Shown: positions 29,612 to 39,134 of the stretch, one piece after another
Position numbering within the stretch: the stretch's first letter is position 1
Layout: every line of letters begins with the position of its first letter
The notes under the pieces: model-generated
Databases searched by the model: none
Told to the model about the DNA's origin: nothing
What the model saw: the letters and a program-made list of their open reading frames with translations, nothing else
Made by a program: the position numbers and the translations under genes
Sequence record: MH460460.1
Length of the DNA stretch: 64,000 nt
Reading direction: 5' to 3' (one strand)

Positions 29612-30574
29612 ATGCGCGTAGGGTTCGCTTGTAAATATATGGGGAAAGACGGCAAACAGCCTTTCCCGTCTCGCACCGTCACGGCTTCTCGTTTATCGCT
29701 TTTGCAGCGCGACGAGCAAATAGAAAAACTGATTGAGATCGGCTTACACAATATTCGTTCCGTTCATGCAATGGCACGTATGTTAGCGATACGATCTGAA
29801 ATGAAACGCATGATGCGAATCACAAGCGAACTCCTACCGCTTTTTACTCACAAAGATTTCAGTGCTATTAGTCGCAAGTATGTTTTGCCTGCGGTTGAAA
29901 AGCCTTTGCGTGAGTTAGGTGACTTTGCTCGACTGCATCGCATTAGACTTTCATTTCATCCGGGTCAGTTTACCGTGCTTGCTAGTGATAGGCCGGAAGT
30001 CGTAGAAAACTCCATTCGCGATCTTGAGTATCACACTCTGATTGCTTCGCTCATGGGTTACGGCAAAAAATTTCAAGATTTCAAAATCAACATTCACCTG
30101 AGCGGCAAACTCGGCGCAGACGGATTCAGAAAGAATTTTAAAAGACTTTCTCCTGAGTGCCGCCGCATGTTGACAGTTGAGAATGACGAGCTTACAAGCC
30201 ATGTTGAGGACTGCTTACGTCTCTCTGATCTTTGCCCGGTGGTGTTAGACATTCATCACCATTGGGTTATGACGAACGAATACATTCAACCAAATGATCC
30301 ACGCGTGCAACTGGTTATCGAAAGCTGGCGCGGCGTTCGTCCTACTATGCACTATTCTGTTTCACGTCCTGAATTCGTTCCTTCTGATGTTTTTCCGGAT
30401 CAGAACAAACTATCTGTTCCAAAAACTAAGTTGCGTGCGCATTCAGATTATTTTCACAATCAACTTGTAAACGCGTGGGCGCTGTCCTTCGACTCGTTCG
30501 ATATTATGTGCGAGTCGAAAGCTAAAAACCTAGCGGTAGTTGATTTGTTGCAGAGGCAAAAAGTATGTCCTTAA
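29612..30574 (+). CDS. uvsE: UV-damage endonuclease (UvsE/UVDE)
   Basis: GFACK, RLSFHPGQFTVL, INIH, LTVENDE, VLDIHHH, PTMHYS, RAHSD, DIMCESKAKNLA. Confidence 0.95.
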   Translation: MRVGFACKYMGKDGKQPFPSRTVTASRLSLLQRDEQIEKLIEIGLHNIRSVHAMARMLAIRSEMKRMMRITSELLPLFTHKDFSAISRKYVLPAVEKPLRELGDFARLHRIRLSFHPGQFTVLASDRPEVVENSIRDLEYHTLIASLMGYGKKFQDFKINIHLSGKLGADGFRKNFKRLSPECRRMLTVENDELTSHVEDCLRLSDLCPVVLDIHHHWVMTNEYIQPNDPRVQLVIESWRGVRPTMHYSVSRPEFVPSDVFPDQNKLSVPKTKLRAHSDYFHNQLVNAWALSFDSFDIMCESKAKNLAVVDLLQRQKVCP

Positions 30575-30662
30575 AGAAATTTATTCGTACCGTTCGTTTT
30601 CGTTTCAACAACTGGCGTATGCGTCGCCTGCATAAGCAGTGCGATAAGCTAATGACTAAAAA

Positions 30663-31484
30663 GTGAGGCTTACCGTGAAAAACTATGCGACTCTTTCTGA
30701 GTTAGTATCTGGCGTTCGATTCGCTCTTGTGGTGGAACGTATGAACGTCTCTGAACTTAATCCGGACTTTGTGAACGAGCTTGAAAAAGCAGAGGCCAGC
30801 GCTCATCCAAAAGAATTGCAGAACTACGCAATCGCTGCTCTGCAAAACTGTAAATTCTCCATAACCAAAACTGTTCTGAATCAGGTTAGCAGTATGGCGG
30901 CAGAACATCCATTGTTTGATCGTCCGTTTGAAATCATTTCTGACGCCGACATTAAACAGTTTCTGATTTCTCTCCCTAGTGAGAAATTGGTTACTGCGTG
31001 CCGCGCCTGTAACGTTCTTGTAGACCACGGACACCTTCGCGATAGCGCGGAAGAGTTAGCACGTCTCTCTTCGATTCGTCTGCTTACCTTCATGCCGTCT
31101 GCTGAGTTGTCAGAAGTGGAATCTCTGAACCGTCTGGAACTCTTTGCATTCGCTGTCGAACATTTTGTATGGGTTCGCCACGTTCAGAAGATCGATGACT
31201 TTTTGAAAACAGCGCTGAGTGAAAAACAGCGTGATGATCTTATGGCAAGTCTCGGCGTCGATATTACCGACGAAGATTATGAAACAGATATCGACGAAAA
31301 CATATCTGCGGAACTCGTCGCAACCGGACTCGACGTATTGCAAGACGATGCTGATTGGGTCGATTGGTCAAGCTGGACTCCAGAAGATCCGACGCTCGAT
31401 GTTTTCGAAGCGCTCAAATACTCGTATGAAAAACTTACGCCCGAAACCGCAAAGTCTGCGCGTGATGCGTTAAAGGATAACTAA
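30663..31484 (+). CDS. Acidic all-helical repeat protein
   Basis: Several short helix-turn-helix-like units. Confidence 0.65.
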   Translation: MRLTVKNYATLSELVSGVRFALVVERMNVSELNPDFVNELEKAEASAHPKELQNYAIAALQNCKFSITKTVLNQVSSMAAEHPLFDRPFEIISDADIKQFLISLPSEKLVTACRACNVLVDHGHLRDSAEELARLSSIRLLTFMPSAELSEVESLNRLELFAFAVEHFVWVRHVQKIDDFLKTALSEKQRDDLMASLGVDITDEDYETDIDENISAELVATGLDVLQDDADWVDWSSWTPEDPTLDVFEALKYSYEKLTPETAKSARDALKDN

Positions 31485-31491
31485 GGCAACT

Positions 31492-32103
31492 ATGATGAAA
31501 CAGATCACTTCCGAAGCAGTAATTGGTCGTTTGCTTAATGAGGGTGAATGGTGGTACGCGCTGGCTTTGTTCTCGGACAAAGATCTGATGGCGCTGTTGC
31601 AGTCAATGGGAATTGAAAACGTAGCCAATCAACCGCGAACTAAAATAGTTCTGGTGCTTTCGCAGCGTCTTTCAGAGAGCGGTAAATACATTGATTTGAT
31701 CCGCGATTACTTCAATCAGAATTTCCTTGTGCCGTTTGAAATCCCTACGCACAAATCTGAATTGTGGTTTAACTTCGGCGACTGCGAAGCGATGGTATCT
31801 CAACGGCTGATTAACAGCGAATACGATATCAATATCGATCCGCAAATTCACAAAGATTTTGTTCTCGACGCGCTCACCATTGAGCAACTTCGCGAAGTGT
31901 ATAACATCAACAACATCGCTGATGAAGACTTCAAAGATAAAGATCGTGAATGGCTGATTGAACAAATCAACCAAATTGATTTTGTCGAAGAGTACGATAA
32001 CTTTTTGCGTGACTCCGGCGAACTGTCTCACATCAAAACTGAACACGGTGCAATCATTGAATTCTTGTTCGGTTCCGCAATCGTAGAAGAGGATGAAGAA
32101 TAA
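31492..32103 (+). CDS. Acidic protein with two HeH-like modules
   Basis: FSDKDLMALLQSMGI...; LTIEQLREVY...DREWLIEQI. Confidence 0.7.
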   Translation: MMKQITSEAVIGRLLNEGEWWYALALFSDKDLMALLQSMGIENVANQPRTKIVLVLSQRLSESGKYIDLIRDYFNQNFLVPFEIPTHKSELWFNFGDCEAMVSQRLINSEYDINIDPQIHKDFVLDALTIEQLREVYNINNIADEDFKDKDREWLIEQINQIDFVEEYDNFLRDSGELSHIKTEHGAIIEFLFGSAIVEEDEE

Positions 32104-34080
32104 ATGTTAGACTTCAATTTGCAGCTTCCGAAAACTGGTGCGCAGCGTCAAAACGCAATCAAACAAATTGCGACGCTGTTCGGTTCCCTGATTTCTTCGG
32201 AAACAAGTCTGGTAGAAGATCAGACTCCGGAACAAACCGTTCACGCTTTCATGAAAAAGCAATTGCGTGCGCCGGAATACCCGATGTTCTTAGCCGTCAT
32301 TTTTGATGATGGTGAAATTCCGGAAGAGTTTGCAGAATACAATATCGTAACGCTGCAAAATGTTTTGGATGATGCCACTTCCGGACGGATGCTTGAGTTG
32401 AATGATCTGTTCGCGTTGGAGAGCGATGAGTCGATGATTAAACTGGCTCGCGCAATCGGCATTAAAAATCAGATGAGCGGCGTTACTTTCCGTATGGATA
32501 TCCTGAAAAGGATTTACGAAAACCTGCAAACCTTCGAAAGATTGTATCCGACTACGGAAGCGTTATCCGAATTTTTCGGTGCGCGTTATGCGTTTGACCG
32601 TCAGGCCGAATCTATTCGCTGGCAGCAACTCACTACACGTTTGGACGCCTCGCGTATTATTGCAGAGAACCGTTCAATGTACGCGAAACTGAGTGGCATG
32701 TTCGGACGCTGGTATAACGAAGCGGTGCAATATTTCGCTACTTCTATTTTGGAAGTGGAATCATCAACAAGACCTCATATGCTTTCTTCGCGTGTAGCGC
32801 AAATCGGGCCACAAAATATTCTGCGTAAACTTTTCGATCTCGGTCTGCTGTCTCGCGAAAAATTCGAAGAGTTTATTAAATTCGAAAACATCGAATTCGA
32901 TGCCGTGTTGAAAGCAATCGTGCAAGGTTGGTTCGATGCGTTCGACGGCAAAGAACAGGATATCGTTTCCGTTGATAGTATGAGCAATGATGCTCGCACT
33001 ATCATGGAACAGTTTGTCTCTGAATATCGTTGCGACGATGAAGAAGACGACGAAGACGACGAAGATGATTACGATGAAGAGGAAGAAGAGGAGGACGACG
33101 AAGACGAAGAAGACGACGAAGATGACGCGCCTCCCGTCAAAAAAGTCGCTCGCCGTAAAGTTCTGAACGAAGAAGACGACGACGAAGACGACGAAGACGA
33201 CGAAGAGGACGAAGAGGACGAAGAGGATGATGAAGAAGAATCCGGCGCGGCTACGCAAAAAGAATTACTCGGACTTCTGAGCGAAGATATCGACGTTAAC
33301 GAGCATAGCCTTTCCTACTGGCTCAATGCGAAGACCGAAGATGTTCGCCGTGCGCTGATCGATTCCGGAACTGCTGCGTCTCATATCGTAAAAAGTATGC
33401 GCCATTATCAACTGCTGGAAGTTATGTCAGAAGAAGCGGATTTGTGCATGGATGAAGTTTTCTCGTATTCCGATATAGCGAGCGCTGCATACAAAAACTG
33501 GATGGAGAACTGGCGTAGTCGTTTCGAAACTTCCGGCTATAAACTGAAAGTTCTTTCTGCCGTTGTTCGCGAACTGGTTTCCGGAATGGAACTTGCCGAC
33601 TACACAACGGAAGAAATGGAGAATCAGATCGAGTCTTACATTGAGTGCATCGAATCTGTTAGCGGTCTGTATACGTTTGCCGATAAGTTTATCGCTGCGG
33701 TAGACAAATACAAAATGCAATCGGGGTTCAATATCGATCCGGTTTCCAACGTACCTTATCCGGCTCCTGCGTCAGAGCAACACCGCAAACTGATGGTAGA
33801 TGCGGTCGCCTCCAAAGTTGTCGATCCGTATCGCGCACGTAACATGAGCGAATCTGAACTCCGCGCTGCAATGGCAGAAGCGGAAGCGATGAAAGAAGAA
33901 ACTCCGGTTGCGAAAGTAACTAACGAAAACTTTCGTGAAGTGATTCCTACTCTTTCGCGTCAGAGTCTGATCGCAGAACTGGCGGCGCGTGGCTATAGCG
34001 ATAACAGCCTGCGTAAACTCGGTGCTCCGCGCCTCGCAGAAATGTTCTTGAATGCTATGGAACGTCTCGTTAATAAATAA
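32104..34080 (+). CDS. Large acidic low-complexity protein with HeH-like modules
   Basis: Two long D/E tracts; three HeH-like units. Confidence 0.8.
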   Translation: MLDFNLQLPKTGAQRQNAIKQIATLFGSLISSETSLVEDQTPEQTVHAFMKKQLRAPEYPMFLAVIFDDGEIPEEFAEYNIVTLQNVLDDATSGRMLELNDLFALESDESMIKLARAIGIKNQMSGVTFRMDILKRIYENLQTFERLYPTTEALSEFFGARYAFDRQAESIRWQQLTTRLDASRIIAENRSMYAKLSGMFGRWYNEAVQYFATSILEVESSTRPHMLSSRVAQIGPQNILRKLFDLGLLSREKFEEFIKFENIEFDAVLKAIVQGWFDAFDGKEQDIVSVDSMSNDARTIMEQFVSEYRCDDEEDDEDDEDDYDEEEEEEDDEDEEDDEDDAPPVKKVARRKVLNEEDDDEDDEDDEEDEEDEEDDEEESGAATQKELLGLLSEDIDVNEHSLSYWLNAKTEDVRRALIDSGTAASHIVKSMRHYQLLEVMSEEADLCMDEVFSYSDIASAAYKNWMENWRSRFETSGYKLKVLSAVVRELVSGMELADYTTEEMENQIESYIECIESVSGLYTFADKFIAAVDKYKMQSGFNIDPVSNVPYPAPASEQHRKLMVDAVASKVVDPYRARNMSESELRAAMAEAEAMKEETPVAKVTNENFREVIPTLSRQSLIAELAARGYSDNSLRKLGAPRLAEMFLNAMERLVNK

Positions 34081-34089
34081 ATCAAGAGT

Positions 34090-34118
34090 TGGCCTGATCA
34101 TTCAGGCCACTTTTATTT
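34090..34118 (+). terminator. Rho-independent terminator
   Basis: TGGCCTGA-TCAT-TCAGGCCA then CTTTTATTT. Confidence 0.75.
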
Positions 34119-34132
34119 AAAAGGCAAATTTT

Positions 34133-34792
34133 ATGGAAGCGCAAATTTTAGAACTGGCGTCATTCACTGATAGCGAGATTGACGCACTGCATAATGTTCT
34201 TAGCGATCAAGAAGCGAAGACTCGCGAAGAGAAGATTAAGTTTCTTCTCTCCTATCAAAAATCCTCCCCGACGATTAAATCGTTTCGTCCGTTCCTTGAG
34301 AATGGAATCAAACCTGCGAAACCAAAACCTGAAAAGGATTTGCCTGATCCGAAAATAATTCGAATGTACACGCGCCATAATAATCCAACGCCTTTGATTT
34401 TATATCTGGCGAGTTATGGATTGAGCGCAGATTTTATTGCAAGTGCAATCGTCGAACATTTCGAAGAAGGGCGTTTTGATTTTCCTTCGCAGATTCAAGT
34501 TGAGCAAATCATCGCCGCCGGAAAATACGAATTGGAACCTGTTGCATATCATATGCAGTATATTCGAATCTGCGAAGTTGCACGCCGATTCAGATTCAGC
34601 GGATACAATCTTTTCTATTCTCCGCTCTATTTCGATGGGTATCATGAATCACAAGGCGGTTGGGGAATGACGCTTTCAGAGAAGGATTCCCAAAAGTTCG
34701 GCTATGCCCTGTTAAGCGGCGATACGGTGCATTGCATTATTGACACCATAACGCATACTGCCAGATTCGACACTAATAAACTCCGCAAATAA
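34133..34792 (+). CDS. Hypothetical protein
   Basis: Ends in L-R-K-stop encoded by promoter element. Confidence 0.65.
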   Translation: MEAQILELASFTDSEIDALHNVLSDQEAKTREEKIKFLLSYQKSSPTIKSFRPFLENGIKPAKPKPEKDLPDPKIIRMYTRHNNPTPLILYLASYGLSADFIASAIVEHFEEGRFDFPSQIQVEQIIAAGKYELEPVAYHMQYIRICEVARRFRFSGYNLFYSPLYFDGYHESQGGWGMTLSEKDSQKFGYALLSGDTVHCIIDTITHTARFDTNKLRK

Positions 34793-34837
34793 GTGTCCAA
34801 AATTTCGGTAGAAATCTGGCTTAAATTTGGCTAAACT
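34781..34837 (+). promoter_or_regulatory. Class-E promoter
   Basis: CTCCGCAAA, TGTCCAAAAT at 34794; TAAACT at 34832. Confidence 0.75.
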
Positions 34838-34927
34838 TTTGAGACGGGCAGGCAATACCGCTTGTCCGTTGGGAAGCGGCATAGGCGTCTTTCCAAAGTA
34901 GGTGGTAACTTTAGAAAGGAGTCTTAC

Positions 34928-35107
34928 ATGACAATCGCGAATCGGGTAGATCCCATTCAGGCTGTTCGCTATTACGAATCAAATCAGGAAACCGAATCGG
35001 CGAAACGTCGCGCCGAATTAAATCATAGTCACGCAAGTTCAGTCTCATGCAAAGTTTCTTTTTCCGATCTTTATCACAACGCAATTGCTAAATGTAAAGG
35101 GGAATAA
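34928..35107 (+). CDS. Small hypothetical protein
   Basis: AAGGAG SD before ATG 34928. Confidence 0.55.
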   Translation: MTIANRVDPIQAVRYYESNQETESAKRRAELNHSHASSVSCKVSFSDLYHNAIAKCKGE

Positions 35108-35110
35108 GTC

Positions 35111-35359
35111 ATGCCACATTTTTCCGTTGTTAACGCTCACGTAGAATATGTTGGCGTGGGCTATTCTGGCCCGTTCATGCGTCAGATTGGACGGCCTCAC
35201 GAAATTGCATCATACCCAACTTGTGAAGAAGCAATTCGAGTCGCGTGTGAATTGAAAACCGCAAGCGGCGATCAAACGGATTGGAAAGTAGTAAATGAAT
35301 TTTCAGAACGTGTCATGTACGACACAACCAAACAACCTACGGAAAACTTAACGGAGTAG
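35111..35359 (+). CDS. Hypothetical protein
   Basis: Packed ORF. Confidence 0.6.
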   Translation: MPHFSVVNAHVEYVGVGYSGPFMRQIGRPHEIASYPTCEEAIRVACELKTASGDQTDWKVVNEFSERVMYDTTKQPTENLTE

Positions 35360-35362
35360 TAA

Positions 35363-35821
35363 ATGAAAATTTCTAGCATTGTGTTATCTGCAATTCTGTT
35401 TGCAACGGTACAGCAATCTTATGCTAGTGAGTCTGTTCCCAAAATCTTTACTCAGGATCTGGCATTGACGAAATCTGTTGATGCTCGCTGTCAGAAAACT
35501 TATGCAGGTTTTGAGTTTCTGCAAGGCGCTGATTTAGATTTTGGCGTTAGTTCTTCTCGGTATGAAACTCGCCCTATGTGGCCTCTGATTTGCTCGTTGT
35601 CTGAAAAGGCAGTCTCGACCAAAATCACTAAAGAGTCATATGGGGTGCGTGTGGTTTACGTGTTGGAAAACGGAAGCACGAATGAATATGATTTCGTGAA
35701 CACGATTGAAAACGCTTTTGAAGTTGCTGCATTCAACGGCAACATGATGGACAACTATAAATCGCAGAATGCTTTGCTTGACGTAATGACTGTTCTGTAT
35801 AAAGAAGTGATGGAGAAATAA
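35363..35821 (+). CDS. Putative exported protein
   Basis: Signal-peptide-like MKISSIVLSAILFATVQQSYA. Confidence 0.65.
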   Translation: MKISSIVLSAILFATVQQSYASESVPKIFTQDLALTKSVDARCQKTYAGFEFLQGADLDFGVSSSRYETRPMWPLICSLSEKAVSTKITKESYGVRVVYVLENGSTNEYDFVNTIENAFEVAAFNGNMMDNYKSQNALLDVMTVLYKEVMEK

Positions 35822-35823
35822 TT

Positions 35824-36120
35824 GTGGCAAAGATGAACCGTAAGAAAGCACTGGATGCAATGGTTAAAGCCCACAACGAAGTACAGTCAAATACTCTCGT
35901 TCGTTTTCAAGCCGAAGGCATGGAAAGTTCTGCGTTGTTCCCACATCGGGAAGAAATCATAAATAAGATTATGCGCGGCGTTGATCCTGCTGTTGCGATT
36001 GACGATGCGATTGGCGCTGCAATTCGTTTGCACCGCATTAGCCTCACCTCAAATACAAAGGTTCCTTCCTTCCGCGATTTGATGGATGCCGAAGACCTCG
36101 AACTTTTAAAATCCTTATAA
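35824..36120 (+). CDS. Hypothetical protein
   Basis: GGAG SD, GTG start. Confidence 0.6.
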   Translation: MAKMNRKKALDAMVKAHNEVQSNTLVRFQAEGMESSALFPHREEIINKIMRGVDPAVAIDDAIGAAIRLHRISLTSNTKVPSFRDLMDAEDLELLKSL

Positions 36121-36132
36121 GGTAAAACGAAA

Positions 36133-36426
36133 ATGAGTTATCAAGCAACTGATACTGCACCTCGTAAACTGGAACTGAATAAATCCTCACTCCAGTCTTT
36201 GACGCTCTATGCCCACGGTCTGATTAGTTTGTCCGATCTTATCCATCTGCTCGGTGGGGAAAAAATAACTATCTCGCATGTGAGTACAACTTTCACTAGC
36301 GACTGTATCACGATCTCGAACGGTATTAAGCAGACTGATCTTTTCTTCCATTTGGCGAGACTGTCCGGCGAAGAAGATGAGCGCGGCTTCCCAATCAACG
36401 ACGAAACTTGTGTCGTCAATCTGTAA
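36133..36426 (+). CDS. Hypothetical protein
   Basis: Ends CTG-TAA in motif. Confidence 0.6.
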   Translation: MSYQATDTAPRKLELNKSSLQSLTLYAHGLISLSDLIHLLGGEKITISHVSTTFTSDCITISNGIKQTDLFFHLARLSGEEDERGFPINDETCVVNL

Positions 36427-36480
36427 ACAAAATATAGGCGTGGCATAGGCTGCGCCTTTCTACGTTATGGGGAATTATTT

Positions 36481-36924
36481 ATGGGCGTTGTTTCTACTGT
36501 AGGCTACGACTTCTTTCCGAAACAAAATGAAGAAGCGCTGAACTCTCGCGTTGAGTTTAAAATCCAGTTGGCTGATAGCAAAACCGTAACTCTGCGCGGT
36601 GTTGTTGTTCGCAGTGATGCAGAAATGCCTTTCCGTGAAATCGTTCGTCTTGATGACGATCTGTTTGACGATGGCACTACGCACTATTTCGATTCGCGCA
36701 CCTTCAAAAACTATCCGGGTAATGACAGTTTCATGAAACCTGTTGAATCTGCCTTCTGTTTTGAAGGTAAAGAAATGGGCGTGTGCTATCGTTACGACAC
36801 GAAAAATACTGTACGTGGTAAAGTTATTTTCGACCGTGGCCCTTTAACTCTGATTCAGATTCTCGAAGGCGCAAACGAAAACAAAATCGTTCATGCTGGC
36901 GAATGCCAATACACGCAGATTTAA
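36481..36924 (+). CDS. Hypothetical protein with tandem small beta domains
   Basis: FPKQ...RGVVVRSD; VCYRYDT...RGKVIFD...ECQY. Confidence 0.65.
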   Translation: MGVVSTVGYDFFPKQNEEALNSRVEFKIQLADSKTVTLRGVVVRSDAEMPFREIVRLDDDLFDDGTTHYFDSRTFKNYPGNDSFMKPVESAFCFEGKEMGVCYRYDTKNTVRGKVIFDRGPLTLIQILEGANENKIVHAGECQYTQI

Positions 36925-36926
36925 TC

Positions 36927-37217
36927 ATGAGAAAAATCCCGGCTAAATCTAAACGGAAGTCTGTTGAGAAAAATTCTCTTCAACTTTTGAAGGCAGGCAA
37001 AACGTTCTATGTGAGTATTTCTTCTGGCGACAAGAGCGAAGAAATCAAGATGACTAACGATTACAAATACGTTAAGACTTGCATGGTTGCTGTTGCCCAT
37101 ATCTCCGGCAATCCAGAAGTGCGCCTGCATTTAGGCCGCAACCTTATGGATGACACGCCGGATACATACATCTTCGAAATCGAAATTTCGATCAAACGTA
37201 AAAAAGGAAAAAATTAA
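36927..37217 (+). CDS. Basic hypothetical protein
   Basis: Packed ORF. Confidence 0.55.
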   Translation: MRKIPAKSKRKSVEKNSLQLLKAGKTFYVSISSGDKSEEIKMTNDYKYVKTCMVAVAHISGNPEVRLHLGRNLMDDTPDTYIFEIEISIKRKKGKN

Positions 37218-37783
37218 TGGAACAAGTATTCACTCCGGCTCTGGCAGAAATTCATTTCAACATTCTGCCTGATGAAAAGTACAAAGCAAATTTCATCCCG
37301 CCGTCATATGGCACTCCGTTTAGCGCGGCACTGGATGTTTTTGCGCAGGAAGATTTTCATATCACGCATGAAACTCAACTTGTGCCGTTAGGTTTCCGCG
37401 CTGAATTCCCTACTGGTACGGCGTGCATTTTACTTCCGCGTTCTGGTTTCGGTGCGAAGTTCGGCGTTGCTTTGGCAAACACTCTCGGCCTGATCGATCC
37501 TGATTATCGTGGCCCGTGGATGGCGGCGGCATGGTTGAACGGAAGTGGTACGCGCGTTAAAGAAACGCAATTCCCGATCAATGAAGAATTTGAACAGAAC
37601 GGGCAGAAGTACGCACGCGACACTGGCGAAACTGGTCGCCGTCTTTTGATTCCTCGCGGCGAAGCATTTGCTCAATTGCTGTTTGTGAAAACCGAAAGAC
37701 CGCTTCCTATGATTGTCTCAGAATTGTCTGAAACAGTGCGCGGTGAAGGCGGTTTCGGTAGTACCAATAAGATCGCCAAATAA
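37217..37783 (+). CDS. dut: Trimeric dUTPase with insertion
   Basis: SAALD, PRSG, GLIDPDYRG, AQL, RGEGGFGST. Confidence 0.95.
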   Translation: MEQVFTPALAEIHFNILPDEKYKANFIPPSYGTPFSAALDVFAQEDFHITHETQLVPLGFRAEFPTGTACILLPRSGFGAKFGVALANTLGLIDPDYRGPWMAAAWLNGSGTRVKETQFPINEEFEQNGQKYARDTGETGRRLLIPRGEAFAQLLFVKTERPLPMIVSELSETVRGEGGFGSTNKIAK

Positions 37784-37792
37784 TTTTACTGT

Positions 37793-38074
37793 ATGGGTCG
37801 CCACATGAGACGAGACACGCCGCTTAAAAACTTGCGTGCTGTTCTATTGTATCTGGCTCGCAATGAGTACGAGGCGAACGAGAAATTCTTTCGTCTGCAT
37901 TGTGAAAAAGCATTGCGTAAAATGCGCAGTGAAAGATTCTTTCTAGGGCGCTTATATCTCTACAAGATTGGTCGATGGCAAATCCTTTGGATCGATCCAT
38001 ACAACTACGATTGTCTTGTACGTGATAGGAGGGGTATAGCAAAATATAAAAACCTTTACGGTCTGTTATTATGA
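37793..38074 (+). CDS. Basic hypothetical protein
   Basis: Packed ORF. Confidence 0.5.
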   Translation: MGRHMRRDTPLKNLRAVLLYLARNEYEANEKFFRLHCEKALRKMRSERFFLGRLYLYKIGRWQILWIDPYNYDCLVRDRRGIAKYKNLYGLLL

Positions 38075-38112
38075 CGGCCTAGCGCAAAACAACTAGGAGA
38101 AAATAAATTCCA

Positions 38113-38679
38113 ATGAACCTAAAACTTATTGAGGTGATCAAAAGAGGTTCCCTTGCCAGAATGTGCGCGGGACTGATCCTATCTCTAGCAATTCCTTTGA
38201 CTGTAGATGCTTCCGTTTCATCTTCACAGCACATACAAGGAGAAAAACTTTTAAAGACTTCCGTTCAGAAAAAATCTGCTACGAAACGTCTGCAAAAGTT
38301 GTACGCACATTTACCGCAGCCAGAAGATCTCGGTGACGTGTTTGATAGCGCTGCTAAAAAACACGGAATTGATACACGACTTTTGGTTTCGTTATGTGTA
38401 ACTGAATCCCAACTTCGAAAGTCTGTCGTTAATCGCGGTGCAATTGGTATGTGTCAGGTTGTTCCTCGCTACCATTCCACAACGCGAAAAGAAATGATGA
38501 ACTATCGCAAGAATGTGGATAAGGCAGCGGAAATCGTAGCCGACTTGAAAGCTACTTGTCGAAACAATGTTAGGTGCATCGTGCATTCTTACAACGTGGG
38601 CAAAACAGCTTACAAGAAAGGCGCTCGTTCTCCGCAGTATTACGCTAAGGTTATGAAGCAGTACCATCGAGACGTGTAA
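38113..38679 (+). CDS. Lytic transglycosylase (SLT domain) with N-terminal hydrophobic/signal segment
   Basis: AAKKHGID...VTES, GAIGMCQV, SYNVG. Confidence 0.88.
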   Translation: MNLKLIEVIKRGSLARMCAGLILSLAIPLTVDASVSSSQHIQGEKLLKTSVQKKSATKRLQKLYAHLPQPEDLGDVFDSAAKKHGIDTRLLVSLCVTESQLRKSVVNRGAIGMCQVVPRYHSTTRKEMMNYRKNVDKAAEIVADLKATCRNNVRCIVHSYNVGKTAYKKGARSPQYYAKVMKQYHRDV

Positions 38680-38683
38680 CACT

Positions 38684-38720
38684 AAGGGAACCTGTAGGAA
38701 TAACTTATAGGTTCCCTTTC
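38684..38720 (+). terminator. Terminator after transglycosylase
   Basis: AAGGGAACCT...AGGTTCCCTT long stem. Confidence 0.65.
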
Positions 38721-38726
38721 GTTTAT

Positions 38727-38783
38727 CTCTGCAAATTTGTGTCCAAAATAATGCTTGTTTCTGCCGCTTCGTTAGTTTAAGAT
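38727..38783 (+). promoter_or_regulatory. Class-E promoter
   Basis: CTCTGCAAA, TGTCCAAAAT at 38740; TAAGAT at 38778. Confidence 0.75.
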
Positions 38784-38825
38784 AAGGGCAGGGCGCAGTA
38801 TACACACATTTGCATAGGTAAACTT

Positions 38826-39119
38826 ATGAACAAGCTAAGGACTCAAGCGCAAGCGCGTAAACTCTGGTTAGACTTCATCGCGTTTAAACTCGAACTCGAC
38901 CGCGTTAAAAGACCTAACGCAGCCATTACAGAAATGTCCGACAAGATTTGCGCAATGTATCGCGCAATCTCGTCAGAGAAATACAAAACTGCTTTAAAAC
39001 TCGGTGAGGAAGTTTTAGCAGTTAGTATCCAGTACAAAGCGCGTTATGAAAAAGACGCACTTCAATTTTTAAAACTTTGCAATCTCGCGGGAGAAGTTGT
39101 ACGCGGTCTTAAAAAATAA
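38826..39119 (+). CDS. Hypothetical helical protein
   Basis: First gene after class-E promoter. Confidence 0.6.
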   Translation: MNKLRTQAQARKLWLDFIAFKLELDRVKRPNAAITEMSDKICAMYRAISSEKYKTALKLGEEVLAVSIQYKARYEKDALQFLKLCNLAGEVVRGLKK

Positions 39120-39134
39120 ATGAGGAATTAGATT

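Noticed and set aside
33030-33240. GAY/GAR trinucleotide runs as CRISPR, VNTR or DGR repeats
   Set aside because: Degenerate codon runs within an ORF; no repeat-spacer structure and no reverse transcriptase in the window
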